Source of the DNA: Stegostoma tigrinum
Lineage: Eukaryota
Assembly (NCBI RefSeq): GCF_030684315.1
Contig: NC_081356.1
Coordinates: 80,832,835 to 80,896,834, forward strand
Length of the DNA: 64,000 nucleotides
Direction: 5' to 3'
Position 1 is the stretch's first letter, and each line of letters begins with the position of its first letter. The notes under the pieces are model-generated. The model saw only the letters and a list, made by a program, of their open reading frames with translations, was not told the DNA's origin and made no database searches. This document shows, piece after piece, positions 14,101-29,100 of this stretch. The translations under genes were made by a program, and so were the position numbers.

Positions 14101-17100
14101 CAAAAGTCATGGATTCGATGCAAAGCATCTTTTTTTGGGTCGCGAATGTAAACTTGAATTACTGTGTAAATAACTTGTGTTCTTATGTCCACCTCTAGTT
14201 TGCATGGCAGAAATATTTTACCTGTGATTTTCAATGAAGTGGTTGTACTCTGAGCTCGGGTTGATTTGCTCAATGGTATTGAGGACATCTTTGTGGATAT
14301 TTATTATGTCTTCTGTCACAAGGCTGGTTATTTTTACATATTCTTCAAGAATTCCTTTTCTATAATGGAATGTGAAAATAAAAATGTATGTCAAAATATT
14401 ACCAGGAACATTATTGCCTACTCTTTCATTGATATTCAATTTTACCACTTCTGGTTGTAAATATCGTTGGAGGAAAATTTAATGACCACTTTACTCATAG
14501 TGATCTTTGTCCATACCTTTATGTTCCAAGGCCTCGTACCATATCATAAGATAGTGATAATAGCTAAAAGGTCTGTCTAAGACAGATAATCTGGTAATTT
14601 TTGTTTTATATGTGAAACCTTTCCATATGCAACCAAGCTGCTACATTTGCAACTGTACAATAAGACATATCCTGGAAGAACCAAGACCATGAAAAATGCT
14701 ACGTAAACGCATTGCATCTTTTTCCACAGATGAAATTTGATAAAGCCTGTGATTTTTCAACATTTTTCACAGAAGTTGAAATTGGCAATGTGGAAAATGA
14801 AATACAATCCAAATTCGTTTACTTTTAAAGCTATTGAAATTTCTAAGCTTTTGCAAAGACTTTTTTCACAATCATTTCCGATAACAATGAAAAGTAATTT
14901 TCCCCAATGTAGGCTTATTAATTAAACATGTTGTTCTAAGATATACATCTCAGAACTAATTTTTCTTTTATGTAATAAGGCAAACTCAAATTAAGCATTT
15001 TCTTGAACACAAAATTATGGTCAATGTTAGTACTACAATCCAAATTAAATGGCATGTAAAAAAATACACAATGTGTCAGTGGGCACCAAAACCTTGAGGA
15101 AAAATGCCTTTTAGTGTGAATTTTTCTTTGTCCATACAAATATAGCTCCTTCTCTATGAAAAGGTGTCTAATTCCAAAGGGAAAGTACACAAATTTTCAC
15201 TAAATGCATCTGTTAATCCAGCAGCGCAACATGGATTGCTGCAGATCCAAATGGAGGGCATAGGCAAGTTGCCCCTACACAAGAGAAAATCAACTATCAC
15301 TAAAATGAAGATGATCCTATTTAGGCAAACATGCATGCACAATATAACAGAATTTATAAATAAAGAACAAATTGAAATACCGACCCAAACATTTATATTA
15401 AACGAGGAAAATAAAAATGTGTTCCCCTATCATATCACAAACCTAATACATAATGCTTTTAAGATTTTCAACAGTAACTCTAAACACGTCACCTTCTGTA
15501 AATGAAAATCTCAAAGCAAAGTACGAAAAAGAATATTAAATACTAGACATAGATATTCGTTTTTACAAATGTAAACACTACTTCAAAGACAGTCACATAT
15601 AGAAGCCATACACAATGAACATTGTAAATCAAGGAAAGGAAAGTAAGAAAAAGATGTCAATATGTGAAGCAATTCTTCGATGAGCTGGTCTAAGAATGAA
15701 CTAACTTTTAGCCAAGGATATTCTTGATGATGCAGGAGTGTGTATTTTGGGTGATTCAATCCATTTGTAAATTAGATTTGCTTTGTCACTTGTTGGCCAT
15801 CAATGGTTTATGCTGAAATTTATTGTGGGTCTGACTACACAGGATTGGAAGCAATAACTGAAACAATAAAAAGCAAAAGGAATAAGTTTCCTGGGCCGTT
15901 TTCAGGTTTGAGCTTACAGTGTGCTAAGTCATGTTCATACCACATCTGTGCCAGGAAATGACATAAGAATGTGATAATTAGAACCTGAAATAAGCAATTC
16001 AGAGCCTTAGAAATAATGGGAACTGCAGATGCTGGGGAATCCAAGATAACAAAGTGTGAAGCTGGATGAACACAGCAGGCCAAGCAGCATCTCAGGAGCA
16101 CAAAAGCTGACGTTTCGGGCCCAGACCCTTCATCAGAGAGCTCTCTGATGAAGGGTCTGGGCCCGAAACGTCAGCCTTTGTGCTCCTGAGATGCTGCTTG
16201 GCCTGCTCTGTTCATCCAGCTTCACACTTTGTTAATTCAGAGCTAGCGAGTTTTGAGAAGATTTGTAGCTCAGGTTCAGGTTCAGGATGTGAGTTTGCTC
16301 GCTGAGCTGGAAGGTTAGTTTTCAGACATTTCGTCACTATTCTAGGTAACATCATCAGTGAACCTCCAATGAAGCGCTGGTGTTATGTCCCACTTTCTAT
16401 TTATCTGTTTAGGTTTCCATGGGTTGGTGATGTCATTTCCTGCATTGGTGATGTCATTTCCTGCATTGGTGATGTCATTTCCTGTTCTTTTTCTCAGGAG
16501 GATGGTAGATTGGCTCCAAATCAATGGCTGATCTTATTGTCATTATTATTTTCCAATCCCTTACTTAGTTGCACTTTGAATCTATTTGGTCAAATCAAGA
16601 ATCTACCCATTTTTGATTTTAAAATATTTAAAGACCATGCATCCGCCACTCGCAGTGGAAGAGTTTCAGAGACGCTCAACTGTCAGAGAAAAAAAAACTC
16701 ATCTGGCTTAAGTGGGAGATTCCATATTTTGAACTCATTCTAAATTCATCCACAATGCAAAACATTCTTTCATTACCTAGTTTGTCAAATATCCTCAGAG
16801 CCTTACATATTTTAATATTTTGAAACCCAGTGGTTACAATAATTTTGTTAAAATACCCCTATATCATAGGAATCAGTCAAACGGAACATTCTCTGCTCTT
16901 CTCGCAGCACAATTAACTCCTTTATTAAATAACAGAACAAGAACTGTTCAGAGTACTCCAGATGTTATCTCAAAAATGGCCTGTCTATATATAGCAAAAC
17001 ATCCTAAATTTTATATTCAATTTTCCGTGCATTAAAACTTACCATTCAGTTGCCTTCATAATCATTTGCTTCACCTATAATTTTGACATTTTACGATTCA

Positions 17101-20100
17101 CAAACCATAACACCCAGATCCTTAAGTGCTATAGCAGCGAGTTTTGCTACTTTTCTCCTTTTAAAAGTCTACTCCTTTTTCGTATTTCTAAATAGTCAGA
17201 GTCACATTATTCCCGTATAATATTCCAGCTACTGAGTATTTCTCCACTCACTTAAGATACAGTAACTCACATACTCTTTTTGTCTTCTTCAGCATGTATT
17301 CTCCAACCTGGCTTTATGTCATCAGCAAATTTTGCTAACACACATTTGGTCTCTTTACCTAAATCACTGACATAGATTTTAAGTAGCTAAAGCAACCACA
17401 TTGAAGCCTGTAATCCTTATAAATATTTTTCCCCAAACAGTTCACCAATCATTCATGTTAATTATTTTATTCATTCAGGGAATGTAGACACCTCTGATTA
17501 GGCCAGAATTTATTGCACATTCCTAACTGCCAAGAGGGTTGTTTAGAGTCAACCACATTGCTGTGGATCTGGAGTCACATGAGGGCCAGACCAGATAAGG
17601 ACAACAGTTTCCTTCCCTTAAGGACGTGAGTGAACCAGATGGGTTTTTCTGGCAATCAGCAATGGTTTCATGGTCATCATTAGACTTTTAATTCCAGATT
17701 TCATTTTGTTGAATTCAAATTCCATCTGGGTCCCCAAGATCACTTCTGGAGTCTCTGGATGACTAGACTAGCGATAATACCAGGAGGCCACTACCTCCTC
17801 TGGATAACCCCAATCTGATTTTCCTGTCATGACAGTGAATGTGTTCTTGAGATTCAAGTATATGACACCCATAGGTTCCACTTTATTCACTTGGCCAGTT
17901 ACTTCCTCAAAACACCTCAATAAATTACCTTTTCCCTATGGCAGATGTTAGACTAACCAGCTTGCAATTTCCTGCTTTTTGTTCTCCTCCTTTCTGGAAT
18001 GGGTGAGAATGGATCAAACTCCACCTCTACGTAACAGAGGTTGTGCATGAATAGGATGTTGATGTCATTTGGAAGCAATGGAAATTTCCATAGTGGCTGT
18101 GAATATTTCAAAAGCTCCATTCAGGAGGTTCTGCAGAGTTAGGTAACTACTTTAAATATTTGGTGAGGAGAAAAAGGAAGCACCAAAAAGGAAGAAAATA
18201 GATAGTACGAGTTGCACTGCTGCCAGTACCCCAACTGAATCAGCATGAGGAGCTGAAAGGAAGTGAAACAGAGTGCCAGCTGAGGCAAGAGAATTATGAT
18301 ATTGGGAAGTACAAGTAGAGGCCAAAAAATACTGCTGTATTTGAAGAACATCTTCAGCCTTTGCTTCCCATTACACAACTGTAACAAGGAGACAGAATGT
18401 TGAAACAATAAAAAAGATGCCCAAATGAAGCAGCCAAGAAAAAATATCAAAGAAAGATTGGGCAGTACGTTCAGGCACCAGTAGAGGTAACACAGAGTAT
18501 GCAATGTGGTAACACCAGCATCACATGTGCAAACACACCCTGAAGCCTATCATGGCTTAGCCCCATCTGTGCATACTCAGGGCACCACAGACCATTTTAG
18601 CATTCAGAGTAATTACTCTGTTTTGAATACAGAACTTACATTTGCTCATTTCCAAAATCTAGATAAATTTAGAAAATTAAAATCAATTCAACTCCTGATG
18701 CACATGCCACTTTTAAGATCCTAGGATGAAGTCCATCAAGAACATGGGGACTTGTTAGCTCATTGTTCTAAAAACGTTCTCAACACCTTTTCCTTGTGAT
18801 AATATTTGTTTTACATTGCTTGCTCGCTCCCCCCCACCCCCGTCTTGATTTAGCATTTGTTTTAGAATGCTCTTTATATCTACGGTTTTTGTTACTCTGC
18901 CGAATTTCTGACCTGTCAGTACTATTCAAAGAATTATATGCTTTGTACTCTAATTCGAAAATAACTTTAAATTCCTGAGTTATCCACAAATAATGCATCC
19001 TTATAAAATCTTACTTGCTTCCTGGAATTTACTTTTGTTAAGAATGATAAAAGAGCCCCTGAAATGTCTGCCACAGTATGTCTACTTACTTATATCTCAA
19101 ACTAAGCTGCCAGTTCAGTTTAGACAGTTGCCTTCATACTCTTGACAGTGACCATCTAAAATGTGATAGCATCTCATCTTTTAAGAGGCACCACCACCAA
19201 GTCTATCACTTTTTTTTGGAAACTATTAATCACCACCAGTAATCACCGGTGTAGCCAAACATTTACAAGCAAAGTCCATTAAGGGCAAAAGTCAGTCACT
19301 TAACGAGAATTTAAATAAATCAGCTGAAGAGATGGCAAAACAAATCAAAGGCTGAGTATTCTGCAGCAAGTAGCCCAACTTGGGCATCAACAACTGTTAA
19401 AAGGACACCTGCAAGTAATGAAGATGGTGAAATGTTGATATTCACAACCAGAGGGCAGTTAATGATGATTATGGTCTTCTAATGCACGGATCAAAATGGC
19501 TTTCAAAAGGAAGATGAGAAACAGCAACTCAACTGGCCAAAAGGCCCAGAAAAAATGTATTTAGCTAAACGTGGAGACTGCTGGACATGCATATGGTCAC
19601 AGAAATTTGAGGGTGCATACATGAGGATCAATGGTCGGCACAACATTGTGGGCTGAAGGGCCTGTTCTGTGCTGTACTGTTCTATGTTCTATGTTCTAAT
19701 ATGGGGATCCCCTGCATGTGTTTCATCTATAAGAGGTGGCCATCACAGCCAAAGCATTGTCCTACACGATGAAAGGCTGATTTTTTGCAATCAAATGGCA
19801 AAATAATGATTGCAAGAATTTCTCGCATCTGTACAAATTGTATTGAAATCTGTTGTACAGCATTTAGTGTTCATAAAAGGGCATGGCAGTAATTTTGTAA
19901 TTACACACAGGCAGCAAATACTGATTCCTAGCACTACATATATCAGATAATCATTGGTATCATGCCTACTACTTCAATGACCACTGCAATGCCAGCCAGC
20001 TGATCGTCAGCCTTCCACTATTCAGAATCCTGCAATACCATCTCCCAGGTAAACGAGCAGAGGCCAGATACCAACGAATTGCAGTATAAATAGTTGTAAA

Positions 20101-23100
20101 AAATCTAAACTATTAACTGCAAGTAAATCAATCCACAATATGTAAAATGTGAAGGAAAGAGTTCATATTATATTTGTATTTGCTATTTTTATTCCAAATT
20201 TCATCATTTTTTCTTCTACCATCCTGGAATTTAGAAAATAAATGTTTAAGTGACATTTTGATGTAGGTAGTTAAAATATTCAAGGAAATTGATGGCACAT
20301 GCAACAATATATTTGCATTGATAAATGTAGCCAGGCATGGAGAAAACCCACATTCAAAGGTTTGGGAGGCAATTGAGTGCCTCACATGTTGAAATCATTG
20401 GAATGCTCTGGGCAGCAAATAAGATGGAGAAAAATAAGGCATCAACACATCTGTCCATAAAAATTACTCAGTTTTCAAGAAGCTATTCTGAAAATGCTTA
20501 GAATTATGTGCGTCTTAGCAGTTGACCTCACAACAAAATAACCCTGTCACTGTATCTTTGACCAATCTCACTGTTTACAGAAGCTTTCCAAAACACCACG
20601 AAACAATGAGCTAAATGTGAAAAAGACAAAGATCAGTCAGAAAAAACTGAATACATGTCAAACAGCAAATTTACCACCTACAAGTTGAATGAACTCTTTT
20701 TGTGCAATAATTACTCTCAAGATTCTGATGCTATGGACAAATGTCAACACCTATACAAAAGAGAGACATTCGTATAAGCTTTGAACATTCACTCCTCATA
20801 CGCAATTCACTATTCACAGACTACTATAACAGACCTGAGTTTCATTACCTCCCACACCCACATTAATAGATTCTCATGGATCATGTGGCAGATAGGGATT
20901 TACATTATAAGGGTATCTGCATCTTCTGTTATTTACAGGAGATCCATGCTCCTATTCGTCCCCCTGTATAATGAGGATTTTGTGTATGACCTTTATCATA
21001 CGCACAAACTGTCAATGTACTTTTATCGAAGTCTTTGATTTGTTCTTCTAAAGCAAGCAAACAGGAACAAGGGAGGAGGAGAAAGCAATTTTATACATCG
21101 TCAATTCCATATGCATATTCTCTGCTCAGGTCTCCAACAGGTCAGAGATTAAACATATGATTATTAATACTTAAGAAAAGCGCAGTTTCTTCCATTTTTC
21201 ACTGGAGATAGGCATTTATAAATTTTTTTTTAAAAACTTACATATAGCTTTAAATAAAATCTTGCACCTTGCAGGACTTTTGACCCATGATGAAATGTTC
21301 TGATGTTCATGACATTAAGCAGGAAGTACTTCCCGTATACAGTAGGTTTCCATAATGCAACTGTATGTTTTCCAATCATTCATGAGATGAGATAAGGACT
21401 TCATGGACTCTGCAGTCAGTCAATGTTGAGCACTTTCAGGGCTCTGTCCCAAATGTACAATACTCTGTCAACATGTCCGCATGACATACCTGTGGATGTT
21501 GTCTGGGATATTGTGCAAAGCATGATTGCATGAGTATAACTTTGTCAGGATGTAGCTTGACTTTGGCAATAGCTCCCTGGCTGGTGAAGACTTTGCGGGG
21601 AAGAGTTCACTGTTATCGTTTCTGGTGATCCATCGGATTTCATTCCTTTTTGAGGCTTTTTAGCAGATAAGATTCAATTAGACAATACTCTGTTGTTCTG
21701 GAGTCACAGGGAGATCAGACAAGGTAAGGAATCAGTGAACAAGATGAATTTTACAATAAATCGTCAACCATTAAATCAGGAGACTTTCAATTCTGGATTT
21801 TGTTGAATTCCAATTGCACCATCTGTCATGATGGAAATCAAGACTAGGTCTCTGGATTACTAGTAACCCAATAATACCACTATGTCATTGCCTCCCCAGA
21901 CGATGGGATTCTTCTTTAAATATAGATACCATAATGTAACTAGAAAAATAGCTCAAAAATCATTATAAGTCACATGATAAAAAGGAAAAAGGAAGTTAAT
22001 ATCATGAATATAAATACACATGAATCCTCCAAAATGCAAATATTAGGATTGCTGATGAAATATTCTCAGCCTATCAGAGAAACAAACTCACAGCAGAATA
22101 TTGAAACAGCAATTTATTCTGGATGAGTAAATTTTGAAAGTATTTTTGTTATCATACTTAGAGGAAAATTTATGTTGATCAAACAACAGTCAATAAGTTG
22201 ACACGATGGTCAGAAATCCCCTGCAAGAGCGATACAAGCAATAAGCAGCATAAAAAGTTCAACCATTGAGCATGGCAATCCTCTAGTATTTAACTTTTCA
22301 TATAACTTCATGAAAAATGGACCTAAAGATCAGCTCCCTACTTTGACAATATTTTACACACTGTTGTTTGTAGTGATATTTACATATTTGTCTACCTGAT
22401 AAATATAGCATAAGAACACCAAATACTAAAATCTCTATCAGTATTTTCCTAAAACAAGCTCAGTGTGAATCACCACAGCCCCAAGAACAAACTTCATCTG
22501 AATCAAATTCTGAAAGATACCTGTGACTTTAGACTGTCTAGCAAAAATGAATTATTCCAAAAACTTCCTGGTCTAACATAACTCTCACTCAATCTTCACC
22601 ACCAAGCCAGGGAGCAATCTTGGATTCAATGAGGCGTAGTGGAAGTTTATCAGGACCAACACCAAGCATTATTAAACATCAGATGCCAATGAAACAAATC
22701 TCTAACACTTAGCATGCTAAATAGCAGAGACAGCACGCTATAGCCAAGAGTTAAAACATTCCAGAACCATTGAATCAGATCAAAATTCTGCAGTCCTGTG
22801 ACATCCAGTTGTGAATGCTGTTAGACAATTAAACAAGAATCTAGACTGGATGGTCTATTGCAGTTCAAGAACAGGCCGTTCACAACCTTTACATGGACTA
22901 TCAGAGATGAGGGCTTACCCCCACTATTCACAACCCATACATTAAGAAAACATAACCGACAAGGTTCCATAAAGATTCAGTCCTCAATAATGGCCAAATC
23001 CAGCATATTGCTGTAGAAGACAATGTTGAGGCATTTGCAAATGTTAGTGTACTATCGCTGCATTACAAATATCGGTCTCGGGTTGATATCGAATGAATAC

Positions 23101-26100
23101 CTAAATTAAGAAATGGCTAGACACACTACAAAGGAGTATAGGCCATGGGTCCTGACACACTGCTGGCTGCAGAAAGACATCCTGTGATCCACAAATAGCA
23201 TTTCTAAACCTAGTAAAAGTTAACAACATGGAAAATTGTGCTGGTATTTCCTGTCCATGAACTGTGTGCCTCAATAACTACCACCCACTGGTCATGACCT
23301 CCACAACTATGAAGTGCTTTGAGAGCTTCGTCATGGCGCACTCCAAGTCAACTCCAGCCTACCAAACTGCCTTGATGTTTTGCAATTCATCTACCAAGGC
23401 AATAGCTCCAAAGAAGATGCTGTCTCCCTAGCCCTAAACTCATCCCTGGAACATCTGGACAACAAGGATATCTACTTATTGACATCAGTTCCATCTTCAA
23501 CACAATTCAACTCATCTCTAAACTACAAGACCAAGGTCTCGGCTCCCCGCTGTGACTGGGTCCTCAACTTCCTGGCCCATAGACCACAATTAGTAAGAAT
23601 AGGCGACAAAACCACGTCCACACCGATGGTCTGCAAGGTTGCGTACTCAGTCCCCTACTGTACTCTTCATACTCTGATGACTGTGTGGCTAAATTCCACC
23701 ACAACTCCACTTAAGTTTGCTGACGACACTATCGTTTTACATCGGATCTCACATAAAAATGAAACATAATACAGGAAAAAGATGGAGTGCTTAGTGGCAT
23801 GCCCAGCTATCGGGAGGATATTATTAAGCTGGAGAGGGTTAAAACAGGCTTACCAGGATATTGCTGGTTAAGGAAGTTTTGAATTATAAAGAAAGGTTGG
23901 ATAGGCTGGGATGTTTTTCCACTGGAGAATAGGAGGTTAAGATGTAACCTTATGAAAATTTATAAAAATGAAGGGGGATAGAGAGAGTTGATGGTAGTGG
24001 TCTTTTACCTAGGGTGGGGTATTTCAAGACTACAGGGCACATTTTTAAATGAGAAGAGAGAGATTTAACAAAGACATGAAGGGAAAATTGCTGACACACA
24101 AGGTGGTTCATATGTAAAATGAACTTCCAGAGGAAATGGTGGATGTGGGTTATAATTACAACATGTAAAAGACATCTGAAGAAGTACATGAATAACAAAA
24201 GTTTGGGGGGACATGGGCCAGGAGCACGCAGGTGAGACTAGTTTATTTAGGATCACGGTTGGTACGGATTGGTTGGATGAAAGGTCTGTTTCTGTGCTGT
24301 GTGGCTCTGTGGTGTAAAAACAATCTCTCGATCAACATCAGCAAAATGAAGGAGCTGGTCATTGACTTCAGGAAGCAAAGTGGAGGATATCAGTGGTGCT
24401 GGGGTGGAGATGGTCCACAGCGTCAAGATCCTGGTAGTGTTGATTATCAGCAACCTACCCTGGTCCATCCACATTGTGCTTTCTTAACCGTTGCATCAAT
24501 ATCTCCATTTCCTCAGAAGAATAAGGAAATTCAGCATGTCTGCAAGGACTCTTACCAATTTTTATAGATACACCAAAGAATCCCATCTGGAAGCATCATG
24601 GTGTGGTATGGCAAATGTTCTCGCCAAGCCCAGAAGAAACTACAGTTATGGATACAGCACAATTCATCATGCAAAACCAACCTTCCATCTATTGTCTCCA
24701 CTGCCTCAGGAAAGCAACCAACATTATCAAAGACCCCTTCCAAACCTCTTCCATTGGGCAGAAGGGGTAACAGTTTGAATACACGAACAAAAAAGATTCA
24801 AGAACAGTTTCTTCCCTGCTGTTATCACACTTTTGAACAGATCTCTCAAATGTTAATTCTGATCTCTTTCTTACTGTCTCTGCACATTGTGTGGCTGTAA
24901 CACTATTCTGCACTGTTCTGCTACCCTGATGCACTTTGTATGTTATGATCTGCCTGTTCAGCATGCAAAACAACACTTTTCGCTGCATCTTGGTACATGT
25001 GACAACAATAAAATCAATTAAATCAATGCTGATCAACTGCAATGTGGATAAGTGCCAACTCCATAGACTTTCAATCACCTGCAAAGTGATGAAGAGGTCT
25101 CTGACAACGCTATACAACATCACTTACTCACCAAAAATCTGCACATCAATGTTCAGTCGAGGTTTAACCATGACAACTCATTTCCTGACCTCGTTACAGC
25201 TAGGTCCAAACATGATCAGAAGAGCTGGATTCTTGAGTTGAAGCAGACTGTCTACCCTTGACATCAAGACAGCACTGTATTTACAATGAACAGTGCCTGC
25301 AAAATTGATATCAAATGGGAATCAAGGAAAAATATTCTGCTAATTGGACTCAGACTTTCCACAAAGGAAGATGGTTATGGTTGTTAAACAGCAATCATAA
25401 GAGGCCCAGGATGTCACAGCCAGGATTCGTCAGAGTTGTCTCCATGGTCAAATCACATTTAGTTGCTACAATGATATTCCTTTCGATAGAAGCCTGAAGA
25501 ACAGATATTCACTGATGATGGCTGTACCATGTACAACTCCTCTGATGCTGAGGAATTCTGGGACATGTCAAAAAATAAACCTGAACAGCAGTCAGGCATG
25601 GGTTGGCACAGGACAAGTAACAGTCAAGTCACCCAAGTAGCAGGTAGTGAGCATCTTCATACCAGTTCCCTTTGAAATTCAACTCCATTACAATCAACAT
25701 ATCTGCCATGTTCAACGTGTTGGAAAGGGTTTACCATTGACCAGAAACTGAACTAGACCAACCATACAAATAATCTGGTGACAGAAGTGGTCAACTAATG
25801 TGGCTCCACTTTACAAGTAAGTTGGGAGAGATAGACCAGGGTTAATACAGCAGCAAGACTCACACAGTGGTAATTCTTCAGGGAATAACTCTCCTTGTGA
25901 CTCCTCAAAGCATGTGCACCATCTAAAAGGCTCAAGTCAGAGTGGATGGAATGTTCTTGACTTGCCAGGAAGGTGTGCAGCTCAACCTCTCAAGACACTC
26001 TACATCATCCAGTTGGTTCACAAACATCCATCCAACTCCTTCAACATTCACTCCTTACATCACCGGGACACAGTAAAAACAGTTTTAGAACATATAATAT

Positions 26101-29100
26101 GCACCACAGCTTTCCAAAAGTCCCTAAACTGCAACCTTCTGATTTCAGCTCAACACCACATTCTTGAGGACGATTAATGATGGCCTTGTCAATGACGTTC
26201 ACACCCCGTGAATGAATAAATAAAACACAACTGACGACAACTGACTGGTTGGCAAAACTATTGCAAAATAATTGAGTGGGGGCATTCAAAAAGGTAGTGG
26301 GGAGACTATTATCCCAATATATTCCATTTAGAGTGAAATGCAGGATCAACAAACTCAGAGAAACCTGGTATCTAGGAATGTTTGGAACTGGATAAAAACA
26401 GAGAGAGATGTATAGGTATGGGAAGCAAAACTACAGAGGCCGAAGTGCAGGGGGACTAGAAAAAGCAAATTGGAGAACAAAGAGTAGGCACGAAAGAAAT
26501 GCTGGCAGGCAAGATTAGAGATAATTCCAAGACATTCTATGAGTAAAGGAGAGTAACCAGGGAAAGAATGGGCCCATTCAGGATCCAGAAGCAAAATTTA
26601 CAAGAGGAGTCAGAGAACAAAGGTAGTGTTAACCCTATTTTTATTCAGAAGTAGTACAGAATTTGAGAAGATGGACACTATGAACTCAAGAGCTGACTGA
26701 CATAAATAGCTAGGAAGTATTAAAAAGGTTTTTGAAGGTTTAAAGTGGGCAAATCCCCAAGTCCAAATTAATTATTACCGTTCAAAGTTGAGCAAAGAAA
26801 TAACAGGTGCCCTGACCCAAATTTTTAAATTGTTTCTAGTCACAGGGAAGGTGCCAGACTGCTGCAGAACAGTTAATGTGGATCCATTTTACAAGTAGGG
26901 TGGCAGAGATAGACCAGGGAATTATAGAGCAGCGAGACTCACACAGTGGTAGGGAAACTATTGGAGAAAATAATGAGGTAGAAAATAAATCTCTATTAAA
27001 AAAGGGTTTGATCAGAGAGAGTCAGCACAGTTTTGTCAGGAGGAGGAGGTCATGCCTACCAAATCTGGTGGAAGTTTGACAGGAGGTAACCACGTAGGCA
27101 GATGAAGGTAAGGCAGCTGATTTCAGCAAGCTCTTTTACAAGGTCCCACATGTGAAACTGATAAAGAAGGTAAAAGCTTATGGGATCCAGGTAACTTGGC
27201 AAGTTGGATTCAAAACTGACTCAGTGAAAAGAGACAAAGGATAGTAGTAGAATGCTGTTTGTGTGACTAAGTCCAGTGTGAAGTGGTGAATCATATAGAT
27301 GAGTGCTGGGTCCCTAACTGTGGCAAAATTCATAATGATGTAGATGAGAGATGCTGCCAAACTTGAAAGGGCTCAGAAAAGATTTAAGGATATTGCCAGG
27401 ATTGCAGTGTTTGAGCTACAGGGAAAGGCTGAATAGGCTGGGGCTATTTTCCCTGAAGAGTCGGAGGCTGAGGGGTGATTTTATACAAGTTTACAAAATC
27501 TTGGGGGCATAGATAGGGTAATAGTCAAGATATTTTCCCCAGGATAAGAGAATCTAAAGCTCGAGGGCATAGGTTTAACCTGAGAGGGGAAAGATTTAAT
27601 ATGGATCCAAGAGGCAATATTTTCACAGAAAGGGTGAGTGTATGGAAGTGGTTAGTACAATCACAGCATTTAAAAGGTTTCTTGATGTTTTATGACTGGG
27701 AAGGGGCGAGAGGGATACAGGCCAAATGGGACTAGATTAATGGAGAAAATCTGTTCGGAATTGACGAGTTGAACCGAAGGGTCTGTTTCCCTGCTGTATA
27801 TCTCTAAGACCCTATGAGAAGGGGGAAAGGATGTGTGTGTGATAATAAAGGAGTGAGTGGATGACAGAAAGATTGGCTGGTGGTTGACACTGAGGAGGAA
27901 GATCTTAGGTTACAGGACAGTATGAGTGGATCGGTCAGATGGGCAGATCAGTGGCAGATAGAATTTAACCCTGATAAACGTGAAGTAATGTACTTTGGAA
28001 GGAGGAACAAGATGACAGAATACTCAATGAATGACAAGATACCAGAAAGCTCAGATGAACGGAGGGATCTTGGATGCTTAAGCACAGATCTTTGGTTGGC
28101 AGAACAGGTTAGTACTTAAGGCAGTATATGGGAGGTTTGCCTTTTTCAAATCAAGATATAACAGCAAGGCTGTCATGTTGCAGCTGCACAAAAAAGAAAC
28201 TTTGGTTAGGCCACCATTGGAGTAGTCTGTGCAGTTCTTGTCATCGTATTATAAAAAAGAATGCGATTGCACTGGAGGGAGGGCAGAGGTGATTCACCAA
28301 GATGTTGCTTGGGATGAAACAATTTAGCTAAGAAAGGAGGCTTGATAAGCTCTAGTTGTTTTCTTTAGAGCAGAGAAGGCCAAGAGAAACTTGATAGAGG
28401 TGTATAAGATTAATAGGGGCAATGAAAAAAAAATGGATAGGAAGCAGATGCTCCGCTCAGTCGAAGGGTCAAAAACAAGGAGGCATAATTTTAAGATGAA
28501 AGGCAGGAGGTTTGAGCATTTGAGGTTTTTTCCCCCCACTTCAGCCAGAGGGTGGTGGGAAGCATGGAATGCACTAGCTTGCAAGGATCGTAGTTTGGGC
28601 GGGGGGGGGGGTAAACCTCATAACCTTTAAAAAGGATTTGAGCGTTTGCAGGATTATAACATCCAAGGTACCCATGGGTCTACTGCAGCAAAGTAGGGCG
28701 ACTGATCATGTTTTTCACAGTCTAGTCCCTAAGGGCTCTTCCATACTGATTCAATGGTCTGATTCAGGAGAGTGATGGCTTAGTGGTATCATCGCTCAAC
28801 TGTTAATCTAGAGACCCAGACAATGTTCTGGAGACCTGGGTTCAAATCCCGCCACGGCAGATGGTAGAATTTGCATTCAATAAATATCTGGAACTAACAG
28901 TCTAATGATGACCGTGAATCCATTGTCGGTTGCCAGAAAAACCCGTCTGGTTCACTCATGTCCTTCAGGGAAAGAAACTGCCATCCTTACCTGGTCTGGC
29001 CTACATGTGACTCCAGGCCCACAGCAATGTGGTTGACTCTGAACTGCCCTCTGGGCAATTAGGGATGGGCAATAAATGCTGCCTAGCCAGCAATACCCTC

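Noticed and set aside
16424-16484. 21-bp repeats as a CRISPR-like array
   Set aside because: Head-to-tail tandem triplication without spacers, inside a Penelope repeat in eukaryotic DNA
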